47,977 nt of DNA from a virus. Its lineage: Duplodnaviria > Heunggongvirae > Uroviricota > Caudoviricetes. A program made the position numbers and the translations under genes. The first letter of the stretch is position 1. Every line of letters starts with the position of its first letter. The notes under the pieces were generated by a model, which saw nothing but the letters and a program-made list of their open reading frames with translations, searched no databases and had not been told where the DNA came from. The stretch lies in the IMG/VR virus record IMGVR_UViG_3300028591_000125. One strand, given 5' to 3'. Below are positions 26,901 through 37,264 of this stretch, piece by piece.

Positions 26901-29288
26901 TTCACCGTTACTATAAGGAGTGCTATCTTCTCTGAGCTTATACAGTCCTGAGTTTGTAGAGTCTATTATAGTTGTTATGGTTTTTGATTGTGTTCTTTGT
27001 TCTATTCCGGCCGTTTCTGTAAATGGCTCTCTGAAATAGATATTAATGTTTGGGTAGTAGTCATTAGTTACAGTTAAAGTATTATAATTAGCCTCTTGAA
27101 CTTTTAGATAGTATATAAATGGTTCTCTAGTTGCAAATCTCTGGTCATTATAAGAAGGAGAATTAACTGAGACACCATAAACACCATCTATATTATCTTC
27201 ACTTACTATATTACATTTAGTTTCATTGTTTGGGAGTTGTATATTAAACATGCAATTAGTTACTATGCTTATCTTATACAAACCTAATCCGTGTATAGTA
27301 ATTGATTCAGTTGTGTTTGCTATTATATCCTGGCCTTGTTTTAATATTTGAAGAGAAGCGAAAGTAACTGCAGCCATAATTCTCCAGTTCCTAACATCGA
27401 TCTCACCCATATTATTTGTGTTTTCGACTCTAGCCACCCTCAATTCGCCAAGATTCATAGTTTGGGCTGTTTCTGGTTCTCCTAGATATTTTATTTGTAG
27501 TGTATTTTCATTTCCAGTATAAGAAGAATCACCTAAAGTACCTAAGAGACCTATTATATCTGAGCTTCCTGGGTATTCAATCCAGTTAGTGTCGTTTGGA
27601 TGTCTATAATTTATTCCATCTCTACTATCTATAATTACCCACTTATTAAAATCTCCTATAGTTTCTTGAGTGCTTGTTGAATTGCTGTCTACTATATGGG
27701 TTGTTTTAAAATTACTGCCTACCAAATAAACAGTATCCATATCATTTCCAGCATCGTCTACAAACTTAACGCCGTCTCCTATATTAGCTTTTTGTACCAT
27801 CCAGAAAGGCAAACCAAATATATCTTGAGTTTCTGGATTTGTGAAAACTACTTTAGACCAGTAAGGATTTCCATTTTCTTTTATTGGTCTGTACATAGGA
27901 TCTTGGTTCTCTAATTTTGTTTTCATAATTAAAGGAACCGTAATCATATCCTGTGCTGAAATTGCGTTATCTAGATCAAGAAAAACATCAAAATAAGTTG
28001 TTACCAGTTCTTCATCCTCATATTCCAAACTAATCTGTAAGTCTCTAAGGTTGTCTACTATAAGAGTGTCGATTAATATACTAGTTCTTTTTTCATCTCC
28101 GGCCGTTTTTTCAAAGAGGAATACTGGTAATTCTCCTAATTCTGGATCTGTGTCTGAATATGGTGTATCTGAATTTACATCATTATCATCATCAGTCGGC
28201 CACCATATTCCAACATTATTACCACGAGCCAGTTTTATTTTGTTTTCAGAGTGTAAAGCTATTGGAGTTTGTCTTAGGATATCATAGTAGTAAATTATTC
28301 CTTCAAACAATCCAACTGCTTTATGATCATCTGTGCTTTCCGGATTTTGGTCTTCTAGGTATGATATGACTCTTCCGTAATTATCTATAGTAAAAACATT
28401 AGCGGCCTCATTAACTTCAATACCAAAATCATTCTGTCCCCCTAAGTATTTTAATTCAAACCCAGGGATATCAGTTATAGATACTGTTCCTGAATTTGTT
28501 TTATAAATATGTGGACCTGAAACTCTATATTCAATAAAATCCACTAAGCCATTTATAGGAACAATACCGGCCGTGAATGATATCTTTTTTACATTGGGAG
28601 TAAAGGTTTTATAAAGTCCTAAGCAATCCAATCTTAAATTACTATAGACTCGGAAGGTATAATTCTCACTAATTAATTTTCCATATTCATCAAGTATAGG
28701 AAGATCTGTAGTAGTTTCATCATCACAAACCTTTATTCTCCAGTAATTAAAGTAGGTCTCTTTAGAAACTTCACTATCTTCATTCCCAGTTATAAATATG
28801 CTTTTTCCAGGATAACGCCCAAAAGTTTCAAGCGTTTTAGTATCTCGTGTAGTTCCTTTTATAATCAGAGCTCCTACATATTCATCTGAGAACTGTATAT
28901 CAATTAAGTTTTTTCCAGTACATAATCCAAGGTCTGAATCACCTTCGGAGGGAACTATTTCTATATACTCATCTGCAAAATCTCCGGTAAGTTCTATTCT
29001 TATGTATTTTTGAAGAGTATAATCAGTATTCCCAACTATATAATCTTTAGTTTTGTCTGGATTATCTGGAAGTACTATGCTAAGTTTTAATAGGTGGTTT
29101 TTATTTTCCCATATACCTTCCCATCTTGCTCCATAATCGTGTACAAGCTTATTATTTATACTTATGTCAGGATTATAAAGGTCAAGTCTAGTTCCACCTT
29201 CTTCTACTAGGGTGCACTTAGTTATAGTAATTGTTCCATCAATTCTTTTTAGTCGCTCTGATACAGTCGACCTACAATTTATTTTCAT
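23967..29288 (-). CDS. Very large tail/baseplate-associated structural protein
   Basis: 1773 aa within the structural operon; one CBM5/12-like module (WDSSVFYHAGDIIKYNDQYY); C-terminal DFSDDFSTDFS. Confidence 0.65.
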   Translation of the reverse strand: MKINCRSTVSERLKRIDGTITITKCTLVEEGGTRLDLYNPDISINNKLVHDYGARWEGIWENKNHLLKLSIVLPDNPDKTKDYIVGNTDYTLQKYIRIELTGDFADEYIEIVPSEGDSDLGLCTGKNLIDIQFSDEYVGALIIKGTTRDTKTLETFGRYPGKSIFITGNEDSEVSKETYFNYWRIKVCDDETTTDLPILDEYGKLISENYTFRVYSNLRLDCLGLYKTFTPNVKKISFTAGIVPINGLVDFIEYRVSGPHIYKTNSGTVSITDIPGFELKYLGGQNDFGIEVNEAANVFTIDNYGRVISYLEDQNPESTDDHKAVGLFEGIIYYYDILRQTPIALHSENKIKLARGNNVGIWWPTDDDNDVNSDTPYSDTDPELGELPVFLFEKTAGDEKRTSILIDTLIVDNLRDLQISLEYEDEELVTTYFDVFLDLDNAISAQDMITVPLIMKTKLENQDPMYRPIKENGNPYWSKVVFTNPETQDIFGLPFWMVQKANIGDGVKFVDDAGNDMDTVYLVGSNFKTTHIVDSNSTSTQETIGDFNKWVIIDSRDGINYRHPNDTNWIEYPGSSDIIGLLGTLGDSSYTGNENTLQIKYLGEPETAQTMNLGELRVARVENTNNMGEIDVRNWRIMAAVTFASLQILKQGQDIIANTTESITIHGLGLYKISIVTNCMFNIQLPNNETKCNIVSEDNIDGVYGVSVNSPSYNDQRFATREPFIYYLKVQEANYNTLTVTNDYYPNINIYFREPFTETAGIEQRTQSKTITTIIDSTNSGLYKLREDSTPYSNGEWLIKDSVEDYSENDWVKQVGYKEKRAYWEELDDAYYIYGEGGDYNIANKTDIAHLDLTNDIVDSEETPLNSYKYIYLGSTQTTSFGYQVGNSWYEIKRISSIQQLETFISRIIEEWDSSVFYHAGDIIKYNDQYYIARYSFIFDSSHDYLENINQTPGSNVWWYGLGGNSPQTETDIPGNFRYVVYNFEGKDYIFNYMNLVALTNVNVTGLNSVDEILEHLTPGQTLIERIIRNPQEYRNGFSIRFKRSTINVSNYNVFEQPMNTELRREDSSSIIGGRPILGNNSSSSRYLIVNRDSSWITVDSKSELEKATGINLNNVSADYNLGSLEFELLTRYSVLIPKLDIRESVKITAPIHHNSRLETGIDETTTDYDILEDFWNTLSYSSILDMFSFINYPELPTLDTVDRYTNTTEHFISTYYKLNDESRNIVVKLNKNIDKNTRIIPMSTLNNQTIIQKNTIVSLTTNSVNLYFKTNYETSLSKLKDSDIDWNEEYQDPIERYSLYQLLWGTNQIRNNTYSASFDDMYTIFKYRIKQVITNSSINQLPIVEVTSLPDIQSLVAQGKVVCSNYNSFWGNTYELAVETGLLPTGANLYRLSGQSDVYAPVWSRWYTTNNGNIIFYGNAMFYVSMNCQKTIQFVYDSNNQRDGLSMYYTRDYEFKKLCPYTCLNFKYIKKLSPQVPNDAGIESTITNRYNLPNDEVAVDYFNGGTQVDTIMMGHVGKLISGKYITNSTPGSIKLRDILNTNKILTGTQYPLRETSIKISDTLVPGDIIAVTSENNQYSGESSNNRLTLNWWWHSGDYYLYTAGWELEEFDESTSINITNLPNSSSIPEHPDHSVVVRVNSENIAVYVAEGDRLYAFNNIRPNRYLFFDSEDEGQTKFFRRKTNEFSNNIIPYSVDRFRINLNDIFTLDTEREDTDLYKETVLMVRGKPLYTTRPGGQITPTGESGIQLEPYPEEEVVTGRDFSDDFSTDFS

Positions 29289-30919
29289 ATATATTCTAAG
29301 TATTTCTTATTATTAGTCAGGTAGAATAAAATACCTCCACAACAACCTATTATGTTTGGTATTACTGTTTCACCTGTATTATAATAATTTCTTCTGAATC
29401 GGTTTAGTATAGTTTCATGGACCGGAATTTCTTTAGAGATTTTAACTATTTTTTCAGTTTTATAGTAATTCTTATATACACTATCTAAATGTAAATCTCT
29501 GGTAGAACAAATATATACTCCTAAATCTGAATCATACACAGAAGAGTTATTAAATTCTTGTTCTTTAGCTTTTTCTGTATAATACTCTCCTTGATCTAAT
29601 TGATAAAGAAGGTAGTAATTATAATCTGGATAATTAATTAGAAGAACTTTATCATTAACTATTATCAGATTATTATATTCTTCCTCAGTTAATCTAAAAC
29701 TACAGAAAGAATTTAAAAGTATAAAGCTGTCCTTATCACTATACCCATACTTAAATACAAACCAAGGACCTATTTTACGAATGAATAAGTAGTTTCCGTA
29801 AAATGATAAAAGGGTCGAAGGTTTCATATAAATATTAGCAAACTCAGGATAATCAGTGTACATACTCCAGATACTAGTAATCCGTTCTTCGTTTCTGTTA
29901 GGTTTTTTATATATCTGACTTCTTCTATCAAACGGATCTATAATACTGTTTCTTGCTACTATATAATCGTCCTCATCTAAATGCTCACTATCTCTTATTC
30001 CATATACATCTCCATTTGTTAAGACTATGTATTTACCAGCGAAATAATCAATATCTGCATCTCCAAATCTAAAAGGTAAAGAAGCAGTATCAGATGGAGT
30101 ATAATAGATTGGTCGGTTAAATAAGTTTCTGGCTGTTAATGAAATGATACAATATTCACCTACCCACTCACTTCCTACCTTCTCTGATTTCCAAGTATAA
30201 AAAGCAAGATCATCCCCAAAATAGCCGAACTGATATTTAGTAAAGCCACGTTCATAGGGATCTGCTTCTATATTCCTTGTTATATCTAGTTTGCTAAATT
30301 CTACTATATCGTTTTTTTGACGAACCAGAGAATTAATAAGATAATCAGTTCTAGTATTATCTTCACCGCCAAAAGCAGTTAAATGAGAAGTATATCTAGA
30401 AATTGGAATTATATCTTTAGCATCTTCTTTTATGGTATTAGAAGAAGTGAAATTCCATAAGTTATCTCCAGTTTCGTCAGTAAGTTTGTCTGAAATTCTA
30501 AGTTCTTTTAAACTAGATTCTACTATAATTTCAGTACCATATTCTAAAGTTGTTTGTAAGGATATTTTTAATTTAATGTCTCTATCTTTTCCTTGAACTC
30601 TAACAAACTTAGTAAATCCTATAGGCTGTCCATTTGAATTAGATAAGTAGATTATGACATTAAAACCAGTATGAGTAGTTTCATCATGTCTATATGTAAA
30701 AGCTCCATCACTTTTTGTTAGTACTTCTCCAATTTCATTATTACTTCTTATAAAAGTATACACCTCTCCTAAGTTATAGATGTTAGGCTCACTATAGGCA
30801 CTATTACTATTAAATATCCCATCATTGTAAACAAATATTCTGTTACAATCATTTATAGGCTTCACAGTTCCTATTACTGAAGTCCTATAACCTAGTTCAG
30901 TGTTTCTAGACGTTGCCAT
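29285..30919 (-). CDS. Structural-operon hypothetical protein
   Basis: 544 aa, overlapping both neighbours. Confidence 0.7.
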   Translation of the reverse strand: MATSRNTELGYRTSVIGTVKPINDCNRIFVYNDGIFNSNSAYSEPNIYNLGEVYTFIRSNNEIGEVLTKSDGAFTYRHDETTHTGFNVIIYLSNSNGQPIGFTKFVRVQGKDRDIKLKISLQTTLEYGTEIIVESSLKELRISDKLTDETGDNLWNFTSSNTIKEDAKDIIPISRYTSHLTAFGGEDNTRTDYLINSLVRQKNDIVEFSKLDITRNIEADPYERGFTKYQFGYFGDDLAFYTWKSEKVGSEWVGEYCIISLTARNLFNRPIYYTPSDTASLPFRFGDADIDYFAGKYIVLTNGDVYGIRDSEHLDEDDYIVARNSIIDPFDRRSQIYKKPNRNEERITSIWSMYTDYPEFANIYMKPSTLLSFYGNYLFIRKIGPWFVFKYGYSDKDSFILLNSFCSFRLTEEEYNNLIIVNDKVLLINYPDYNYYLLYQLDQGEYYTEKAKEQEFNNSSVYDSDLGVYICSTRDLHLDSVYKNYYKTEKIVKISKEIPVHETILNRFRRNYYNTGETVIPNIIGCCGGILFYLTNNKKYLEYI

Positions 30920-31730
30920 AAGTTATCATGCATCTACTTATTATACATTCATCAATCTCAGAATTCATAGGATTAACTCGAATAGTTTTATCTATGTATT
31001 CTACTTGAATCTCGTCGTTTAATTCTGTTATATAGTTTTCTATTACTAATTCGTTATTCTCATTATATTGAAAAGCAGGAAAAACTAGATCTCGCACATA
31101 AATATGACCCTCTCGTGAATATTCAATAGTTAAATCGAATACTCCTGAAATACCTGGCTTTGAATTACAATAAACTATACTAGCTATATTCAAAACATTA
31201 GTATAAGTATCAGATCCGAGATGTATTAGATCTAGTTCTACAAGGTCCTCAATTAAGTTGATGGAATTCATAGAAGAACTATAAAAATTTATTTCACTAT
31301 TATTGTTCATGGTTTCTCCGAATAATGTATTATACTCGTTTTGAATATCTTGGAGTACTGTGTTTGGATCTGAGTTTGGGTCTTTAACTAAAAAACTACC
31401 CTGACTCACATCACTAGTCTGTATTTCTGGAATTGTATTATCCCTAATTAGATTCTTACTTAAATTATACCAAAGTTGTTCAGAAAGCGAGGATGAGGGA
31501 CCAGACCCATCCCTTTTTATGAATTTGGTCCCTATTAAATCATATCCTCTATTTTTTAATTTTAATTCCAACTCTGAACAATGTATAGGACGAAACCTTG
31601 AAGAACCCTCAGAAACACTTATAGATTCATTACCGTCATTGTAAGATAATATTGGATTTTCTAAACCATCTATATGTAACAGTTCAGAATTTTCCTCATT
31701 ACCAGGAGAAATTAAAGTTATGTTTTTCAT
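30906..31730 (-). CDS. Structural-operon hypothetical protein
   Basis: 274 aa with coupled overlaps. Confidence 0.7.
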   Translation of the reverse strand: MKNITLISPGNEENSELLHIDGLENPILSYNDGNESISVSEGSSRFRPIHCSELELKLKNRGYDLIGTKFIKRDGSGPSSSLSEQLWYNLSKNLIRDNTIPEIQTSDVSQGSFLVKDPNSDPNTVLQDIQNEYNTLFGETMNNNSEINFYSSSMNSINLIEDLVELDLIHLGSDTYTNVLNIASIVYCNSKPGISGVFDLTIEYSREGHIYVRDLVFPAFQYNENNELVIENYITELNDEIQVEYIDKTIRVNPMNSEIDECIISRCMITYGNV

Positions 31731-34700
31731 ATCTTATATCTATAATAAATATTCTTTATTATATAACTAGGATCATTTAAAGTTAAAATTCTGGTCGAGT
31801 CTTCTAATTCACCCAACCCAGCTTCAACAGTTAAAGTTAGTCCACTTGTTATATAATAGGTTCCGGTTTCATTAAGATCTAATGTAAGAGTGTAAGTTCT
31901 CTTAATTGGATCATTATTCCCAGATATATAATTGTCAGTTTGAACTAATATTGTTGCTACACAAGAAGTCCTAAAATCACTAGAGTCTGTATTCAAAGCT
32001 AAGAAATAATCATAGGTATTATTAATTCCAACTTTTGTTATAACTCTAAGCATGGTAGATGGATTACATTGAGTTTGTAAGGTTACTCTACTTGGTAATC
32101 TAGTGAAAGTATGATACAAAGGATCATCATAAAACATCCAGTAGTTTGAACCCTCTTCAGGAAGCTCACCAAGATTATCATTTATACATCTCCACATTCT
32201 TTGAATATACCTACCAGATTCAGGCTCTTCAGTAAATATAACAAGATCACCTATTTTATATGAATAATCCTCATCATACATAATTCCTTTTGCTTCCCCA
32301 AGAGAGTTAGTATAGTAATTAGTATGAAGTAAATTATATAAAGCTTCTTCCTCACTAATATAACCATCATTCGGTCTCCAAGTAGGCGGTTTCCAAGTTT
32401 CCGTATTTCCTTGTAGTATTTTTAATTTACCAGAATCATTTAGAACTATTTCAAACCAACCTGGATTTTGATAGACATACCACCAATAAGAACCAATCTG
32501 CTTATAAACTTTACCTAAGCTAAAAGCATCAGGAAGTTCATTAGGATCATCTATTTCTAAAGACAAGGGACTATATCCACCATTACTTATATCTGAGAAA
32601 TTATTAGTACATAACCAAAAATTTCCATTTAAATAGTAATGTTCTTGTTCCTCGGTGTATATATTATCTATTATCTTACAAACAACTCTAATAGGTAGTG
32701 TGGGCAATCCTTCTATTAATTCACTAGCATTTATAGTTTCAATGTACTCTAATATACTATGCTTAACGGTTTCATCATCTCCAGACAATCTATTAAGTAA
32801 GAGTTGAAGTAAAGATCCAGTTCCTGAGATCCATCCATTATTAACTACATCAGGATCATCTATAACTTGAGAATTATTAGTGTATCCTAATCTAAAGTCG
32901 GTGTCTGTGGAAATAGATGAATCAAAAGAAGTGTTGTAATACCACCTATATACTAAAAACGGAGTATAAAAACGCGTTAATAAATTTATAGGACCATTAC
33001 TGACTGTTACCTGAGAAGTGAGTTTCCTAATGAATTTTATATCATCTTCTAAATCACTATCATTAACAGAGCTTTCAACGCCACCTTCTATTTTCTTGTA
33101 TAAATCATCTTCTTCGTTTACAATCACATAAGAAATTCCCTGAAGAATTAATGAACCGAGAACTAAACTTTTATACTCGCTTGAAACGGTTAAAATACGA
33201 TCAATTAAAAGTATCTGGTCTACATCATCTACATAATTAGAATAACTATAACCTAGAAGTTTTAATAATTGCTTTCTTCTACGGTCTTCTATTTCTTCAA
33301 TAGGATTAGTTTTTAATACACGCTCAAATACCCCGGTTCTATTTAAATTCTCATTCAAATAAAAACCATTTCCATCGCTCACTAATCTCTTAAAGTGATT
33401 TCTATAGTATCCAAAGAGATCTGTAATGTCATCTACTAATAATGGATATTCATAACTTCCTTGCGGTATACGCTCGGGATAAAGATTCATAGATCCAATA
33501 AAATGATTAGTCCAAATATAAAATACATCCCGCTCTTTATAAATATCTCCAGGCTTTTGAACTCTTTGGTCTACTTTTTCCCAAGATAAAGCACATAAAC
33601 TAGGCTCTTCTGGAGATGTCTGTGTTTCTGTACACCTCCATATATTATTGTTATAATATACCTTATCTCCTAGAGCATATATTCCATTCCATGGGTATAT
33701 TTTTTCATTTATAAATCGACTTTGATCAATTAAATCAGAATGAATAGGACTTACTGAAAATCTTACCCAATTAAAGTCAGGGTTTAATTGATTAAAATAT
33801 ACAACACTATTTAATCTCTCATAATTATTATATCCAGTAGTATCATCTAGTTTATATAATTTATATATTATAGAACTACTTATCTCAGAAACTTGTAATG
33901 TAGTTAATCCAACGTTTCTTCTATCAAGATTTGTATATGTATCCTGATTTAAGATAGACGTTATTTCATCAGAGCTTAAACTAACTTGATTAATAGTACT
34001 AGATAGGTTTCCGGCTGTCCAAGACCAATACGTAGCTTCGTTAATCGAATCCTCTTTTCTTGGTGTTTTATATCCTAATCTAAATAAAACTTTCTCATTT
34101 TCTATTAAATCACTAGAATTATATTCAGTACTACTTCTAAGAGCACTTATTATATTTCCACCTAAACTATAATCATCAAGACCTGAACCATTTATTTTAT
34201 CTAAAACCTCTTTATAAGTATCGTAATAACTTAAGTTAATAGAATTTTCTGATCTGTTTAAGATAATACTAAATGTGCTTCTTAAAAAATTCTCTAAGTT
34301 TCTATCACTAGGTTCTAAAGTTCTTTCGTCATAGCAACTCATTAAATATATTTTCTCATTTATTAGATCAAAATAAGCATAATAAGCACTATATTCATCC
34401 ATACAAGAATATATAATAGCAAAGAAACCTCTTACACCATTCGAATTATTTATTATTCTATCTGAAGAAATATCTATTGTAGTAAAATCATTAAACTTAG
34501 GAGATATCTTAGCTTTATCCCCTAATGCTGGATTGCTTATATCATCAATACTTGTAATTATTTGAGTTTCTCCATAAGTTACTCCAGGATTTCTATAATC
34601 AAAAACATGATCTTGCCAAGTAGTTCCATCATATCTGTAGTATTTACAAATCAATGAATCAAGTTTTACTCTTTCTCCATTATGTGGATCATCAATAGAT

Positions 34701-37264
34701 ACAGTAAGGTCCCAACTAAGGGGTTCCATAAACGTTTCTCTAGTTGAATACTTAAGTTTTCCTCCTTCCATTAATTCTCTATCAAGACTATATTTTGAAT
34801 AATAATTATCATAGTCATTATTACTATTTTGTAATGAGGTTGGTCCATATACTAGTGTATTCCATATAGAATTCTTATGACTAAATGGTCTCGTAAAATG
34901 ATCCACTATATCAAAATCTACTACATTATTTATATAGTCGTATCCAAGATTCTCCCAATAAGCAGTATCAGTCGGAATATTATTAGTCGTAGTCCTTAGT
35001 GCTCTAAATGCTTTATCATTATAAATAACTACATCTCCTACGTTATATGTTTTAGAGGAGTTGTACCTATCTTCATTTTTACGATAGAAAGCTTTAAAAG
35101 GACATTCACCAAATAATTCAGTAATGCTAATCCAATGTGGTGAGTTTACATAATCCTCAGTTGAAGAAGGGCGGCTAGAATCTATGGCAATGTATCTTTT
35201 TCTTGTGTCTCTATCTATTATAATATCTCCAAAATTATATGGTATACCGCTATTAATTGAGTGACTTGTCCAATCTACTGCTCCAGAACCAGCACCCTCA
35301 ATAAAATATCCACCACCTCCATCTCGAATAAGATCATTAAATTTATTAAAAATAGGAAGATTGATAGCAGATTTTATAAGTATTCTAGTTCTTCCTGTGC
35401 AATATAACATAGGAGCTGGAATATGGAATCTGGGATCATTTGAGGCTAAACCAACATATCCACCTATCTCTTTAATATAGTCAAAATTAAGAGGATTTGT
35501 AGGGTCGCATCCTAAGTTGTTGTTATTATAAACTAGATCTTCATAGTAAATATCAGTAACTAAGTCTTCAACATTAGTGGTTTCAAATAATGTTCCTCCG
35601 TATTTCGTATCATAATTATCTACCCACTTTGCTATACTTAAGAATCCAGTATTTTCATCTTTTATAATAACGGTCAAAGGAAAATCTGGTGAAACTTCTA
35701 AGAGATCATTATATTTACTACTCTCTACATAAAAGATATCTGAAAGCTTTTGTGAGTTTGTTAATCCAAATGCAGTTCTCAATTCATTTACATTTTGAGC
35801 AGTTAACCAGTTTGAAGATCCATTTATACTATACTTATAAACGTAATCATTTGAAAAACCTACTTTAACTATTAGATTTACACCAAGAGCTTCAGGATTT
35901 ATAGCACTTAGTTGGGAATCTGAAGAAAACAAAGTACAAGCATCTAGAATATTTGTTATACCTAAAGCTTCTAATACTTGGTCTTCGTCACTGTTTATAT
36001 ATTCCCAGCTTTTATGCATCCTAACATTATCTCCGGCTACTAGGGTTATAATAGTTTGATCTCCTTGCTGGTCTAGGTTTGTAACTTCTCTATTACAAAA
36101 AGTTCCCGTTAATTGTTCCCTTGTTGCTTCTAATTCTCTTACTTTCAGATCATAGTAGTTTTTTATTCTATTCAACTGCCTAACTAAATTATAACTAGTT
36201 GAATTATCTATCTTCCAATCTTCTATGTCTGTGTATTCGTAAGAGCCTTTAAATGATTTCCAGTAAGCTTCTCCACCTTCATCATACGGACTAATACCTG
36301 AAGGAACTGAATTTTTAGCAATCCACGTAACTTCTCTATTACTGTTTTGCTCTCTTATTTTTATTATATCCCCTATTTCATAAGTCTGCGTTGAACTATA
36401 CTCCTGATCATTTCTTTTTGAACCTAAAGAATATCTATAACAAACACAACCTAAGTCTGGATCTATAATTTCTTGAATTCTTACCGTGTTATTATTAGAA
36501 ACACCTTTATCTAAGTATGTGTATTGTTTAAGTAAGACTGTATTTGAAACCGGTGTATCATTACTTTGTAGATCAGGTAAAAGAGATCTATCAATAGTAA
36601 ACATACCATTATTCAAGTCGGGGGATCTCATTATGGAATCTAAGATGTTCCCTGTATCTGTATTTAAAAGAGTTCCACCTATTGAATATTCAGGCACTTG
36701 ATTCCCCTCTTCATCTACATTAGCGTAAACATGATCAGTTACAATACCATTCTCAGACATCCCAAAGAATAGATTTTGTAATACCTGATTTAAAACATTC
36801 CCAGATATATACTTGTCTTCATTGTACGGGAGATAAGCATATTCCTGTGTTTCTTCTATTCTATATATCCTATCTTCTATACTAGTATTTTCATCATTCA
36901 GTATATCATCAGGATTAGGTAAACTGTCTCTATTACTTATTACTGTTATGTCCCTATTAAGCTGATTTATGTTTAGCCTCTCTAGTATCTCGTTTAGGTT
37001 CGAACTAAATTGCCAAACATACACATCATTTATATAGTCATAGTATTCCTGTGCTGTGGATATTTTATCTCCTGGGTATACTTTGAAATTTACAGTATCA
37101 TATTTCGGATCTCTACCTGAAACTGTGAAATTTATAGTATTGGTCGGTTTTATCGCCGTACATATATAAATACAATCTCCGGAAACTACAAAATCACCTT
37201 TTTCATATTCAACTGTAGGAGAATATAAAAATAATCCTTGTATACTTTTATTGTTGAGTCTCAT
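31727..37264 (-). CDS. Very large tail protein with multiple CBM5/12 (ChtBD3)-like repeats
   Basis: 1845 aa; repeats such as YEKGDFVVSGDCIY, YEIGDIIK, YNVGDVVIYNDKAF...PTDTAYW, YALGDKVYYNNNIW and YKIGDLVIF...PEEGSNYW. Confidence 0.7.
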   Translation of the reverse strand: MRLNNKSIQGLFLYSPTVEYEKGDFVVSGDCIYICTAIKPTNTINFTVSGRDPKYDTVNFKVYPGDKISTAQEYYDYINDVYVWQFSSNLNEILERLNINQLNRDITVISNRDSLPNPDDILNDENTSIEDRIYRIEETQEYAYLPYNEDKYISGNVLNQVLQNLFFGMSENGIVTDHVYANVDEEGNQVPEYSIGGTLLNTDTGNILDSIMRSPDLNNGMFTIDRSLLPDLQSNDTPVSNTVLLKQYTYLDKGVSNNNTVRIQEIIDPDLGCVCYRYSLGSKRNDQEYSSTQTYEIGDIIKIREQNSNREVTWIAKNSVPSGISPYDEGGEAYWKSFKGSYEYTDIEDWKIDNSTSYNLVRQLNRIKNYYDLKVRELEATREQLTGTFCNREVTNLDQQGDQTIITLVAGDNVRMHKSWEYINSDEDQVLEALGITNILDACTLFSSDSQLSAINPEALGVNLIVKVGFSNDYVYKYSINGSSNWLTAQNVNELRTAFGLTNSQKLSDIFYVESSKYNDLLEVSPDFPLTVIIKDENTGFLSIAKWVDNYDTKYGGTLFETTNVEDLVTDIYYEDLVYNNNNLGCDPTNPLNFDYIKEIGGYVGLASNDPRFHIPAPMLYCTGRTRILIKSAINLPIFNKFNDLIRDGGGGYFIEGAGSGAVDWTSHSINSGIPYNFGDIIIDRDTRKRYIAIDSSRPSSTEDYVNSPHWISITELFGECPFKAFYRKNEDRYNSSKTYNVGDVVIYNDKAFRALRTTTNNIPTDTAYWENLGYDYINNVVDFDIVDHFTRPFSHKNSIWNTLVYGPTSLQNSNNDYDNYYSKYSLDRELMEGGKLKYSTRETFMEPLSWDLTVSIDDPHNGERVKLDSLICKYYRYDGTTWQDHVFDYRNPGVTYGETQIITSIDDISNPALGDKAKISPKFNDFTTIDISSDRIINNSNGVRGFFAIIYSCMDEYSAYYAYFDLINEKIYLMSCYDERTLEPSDRNLENFLRSTFSIILNRSENSINLSYYDTYKEVLDKINGSGLDDYSLGGNIISALRSSTEYNSSDLIENEKVLFRLGYKTPRKEDSINEATYWSWTAGNLSSTINQVSLSSDEITSILNQDTYTNLDRRNVGLTTLQVSEISSSIIYKLYKLDDTTGYNNYERLNSVVYFNQLNPDFNWVRFSVSPIHSDLIDQSRFINEKIYPWNGIYALGDKVYYNNNIWRCTETQTSPEEPSLCALSWEKVDQRVQKPGDIYKERDVFYIWTNHFIGSMNLYPERIPQGSYEYPLLVDDITDLFGYYRNHFKRLVSDGNGFYLNENLNRTGVFERVLKTNPIEEIEDRRRKQLLKLLGYSYSNYVDDVDQILLIDRILTVSSEYKSLVLGSLILQGISYVIVNEEDDLYKKIEGGVESSVNDSDLEDDIKFIRKLTSQVTVSNGPINLLTRFYTPFLVYRWYYNTSFDSSISTDTDFRLGYTNNSQVIDDPDVVNNGWISGTGSLLQLLLNRLSGDDETVKHSILEYIETINASELIEGLPTLPIRVVCKIIDNIYTEEQEHYYLNGNFWLCTNNFSDISNGGYSPLSLEIDDPNELPDAFSLGKVYKQIGSYWWYVYQNPGWFEIVLNDSGKLKILQGNTETWKPPTWRPNDGYISEEEALYNLLHTNYYTNSLGEAKGIMYDEDYSYKIGDLVIFTEEPESGRYIQRMWRCINDNLGELPEEGSNYWMFYDDPLYHTFTRLPSRVTLQTQCNPSTMLRVITKVGINNTYDYFLALNTDSSDFRTSCVATILVQTDNYISGNNDPIKRTYTLTLDLNETGTYYITSGLTLTVEAGLGELEDSTRILTLNDPSYIIKNIYYRYKI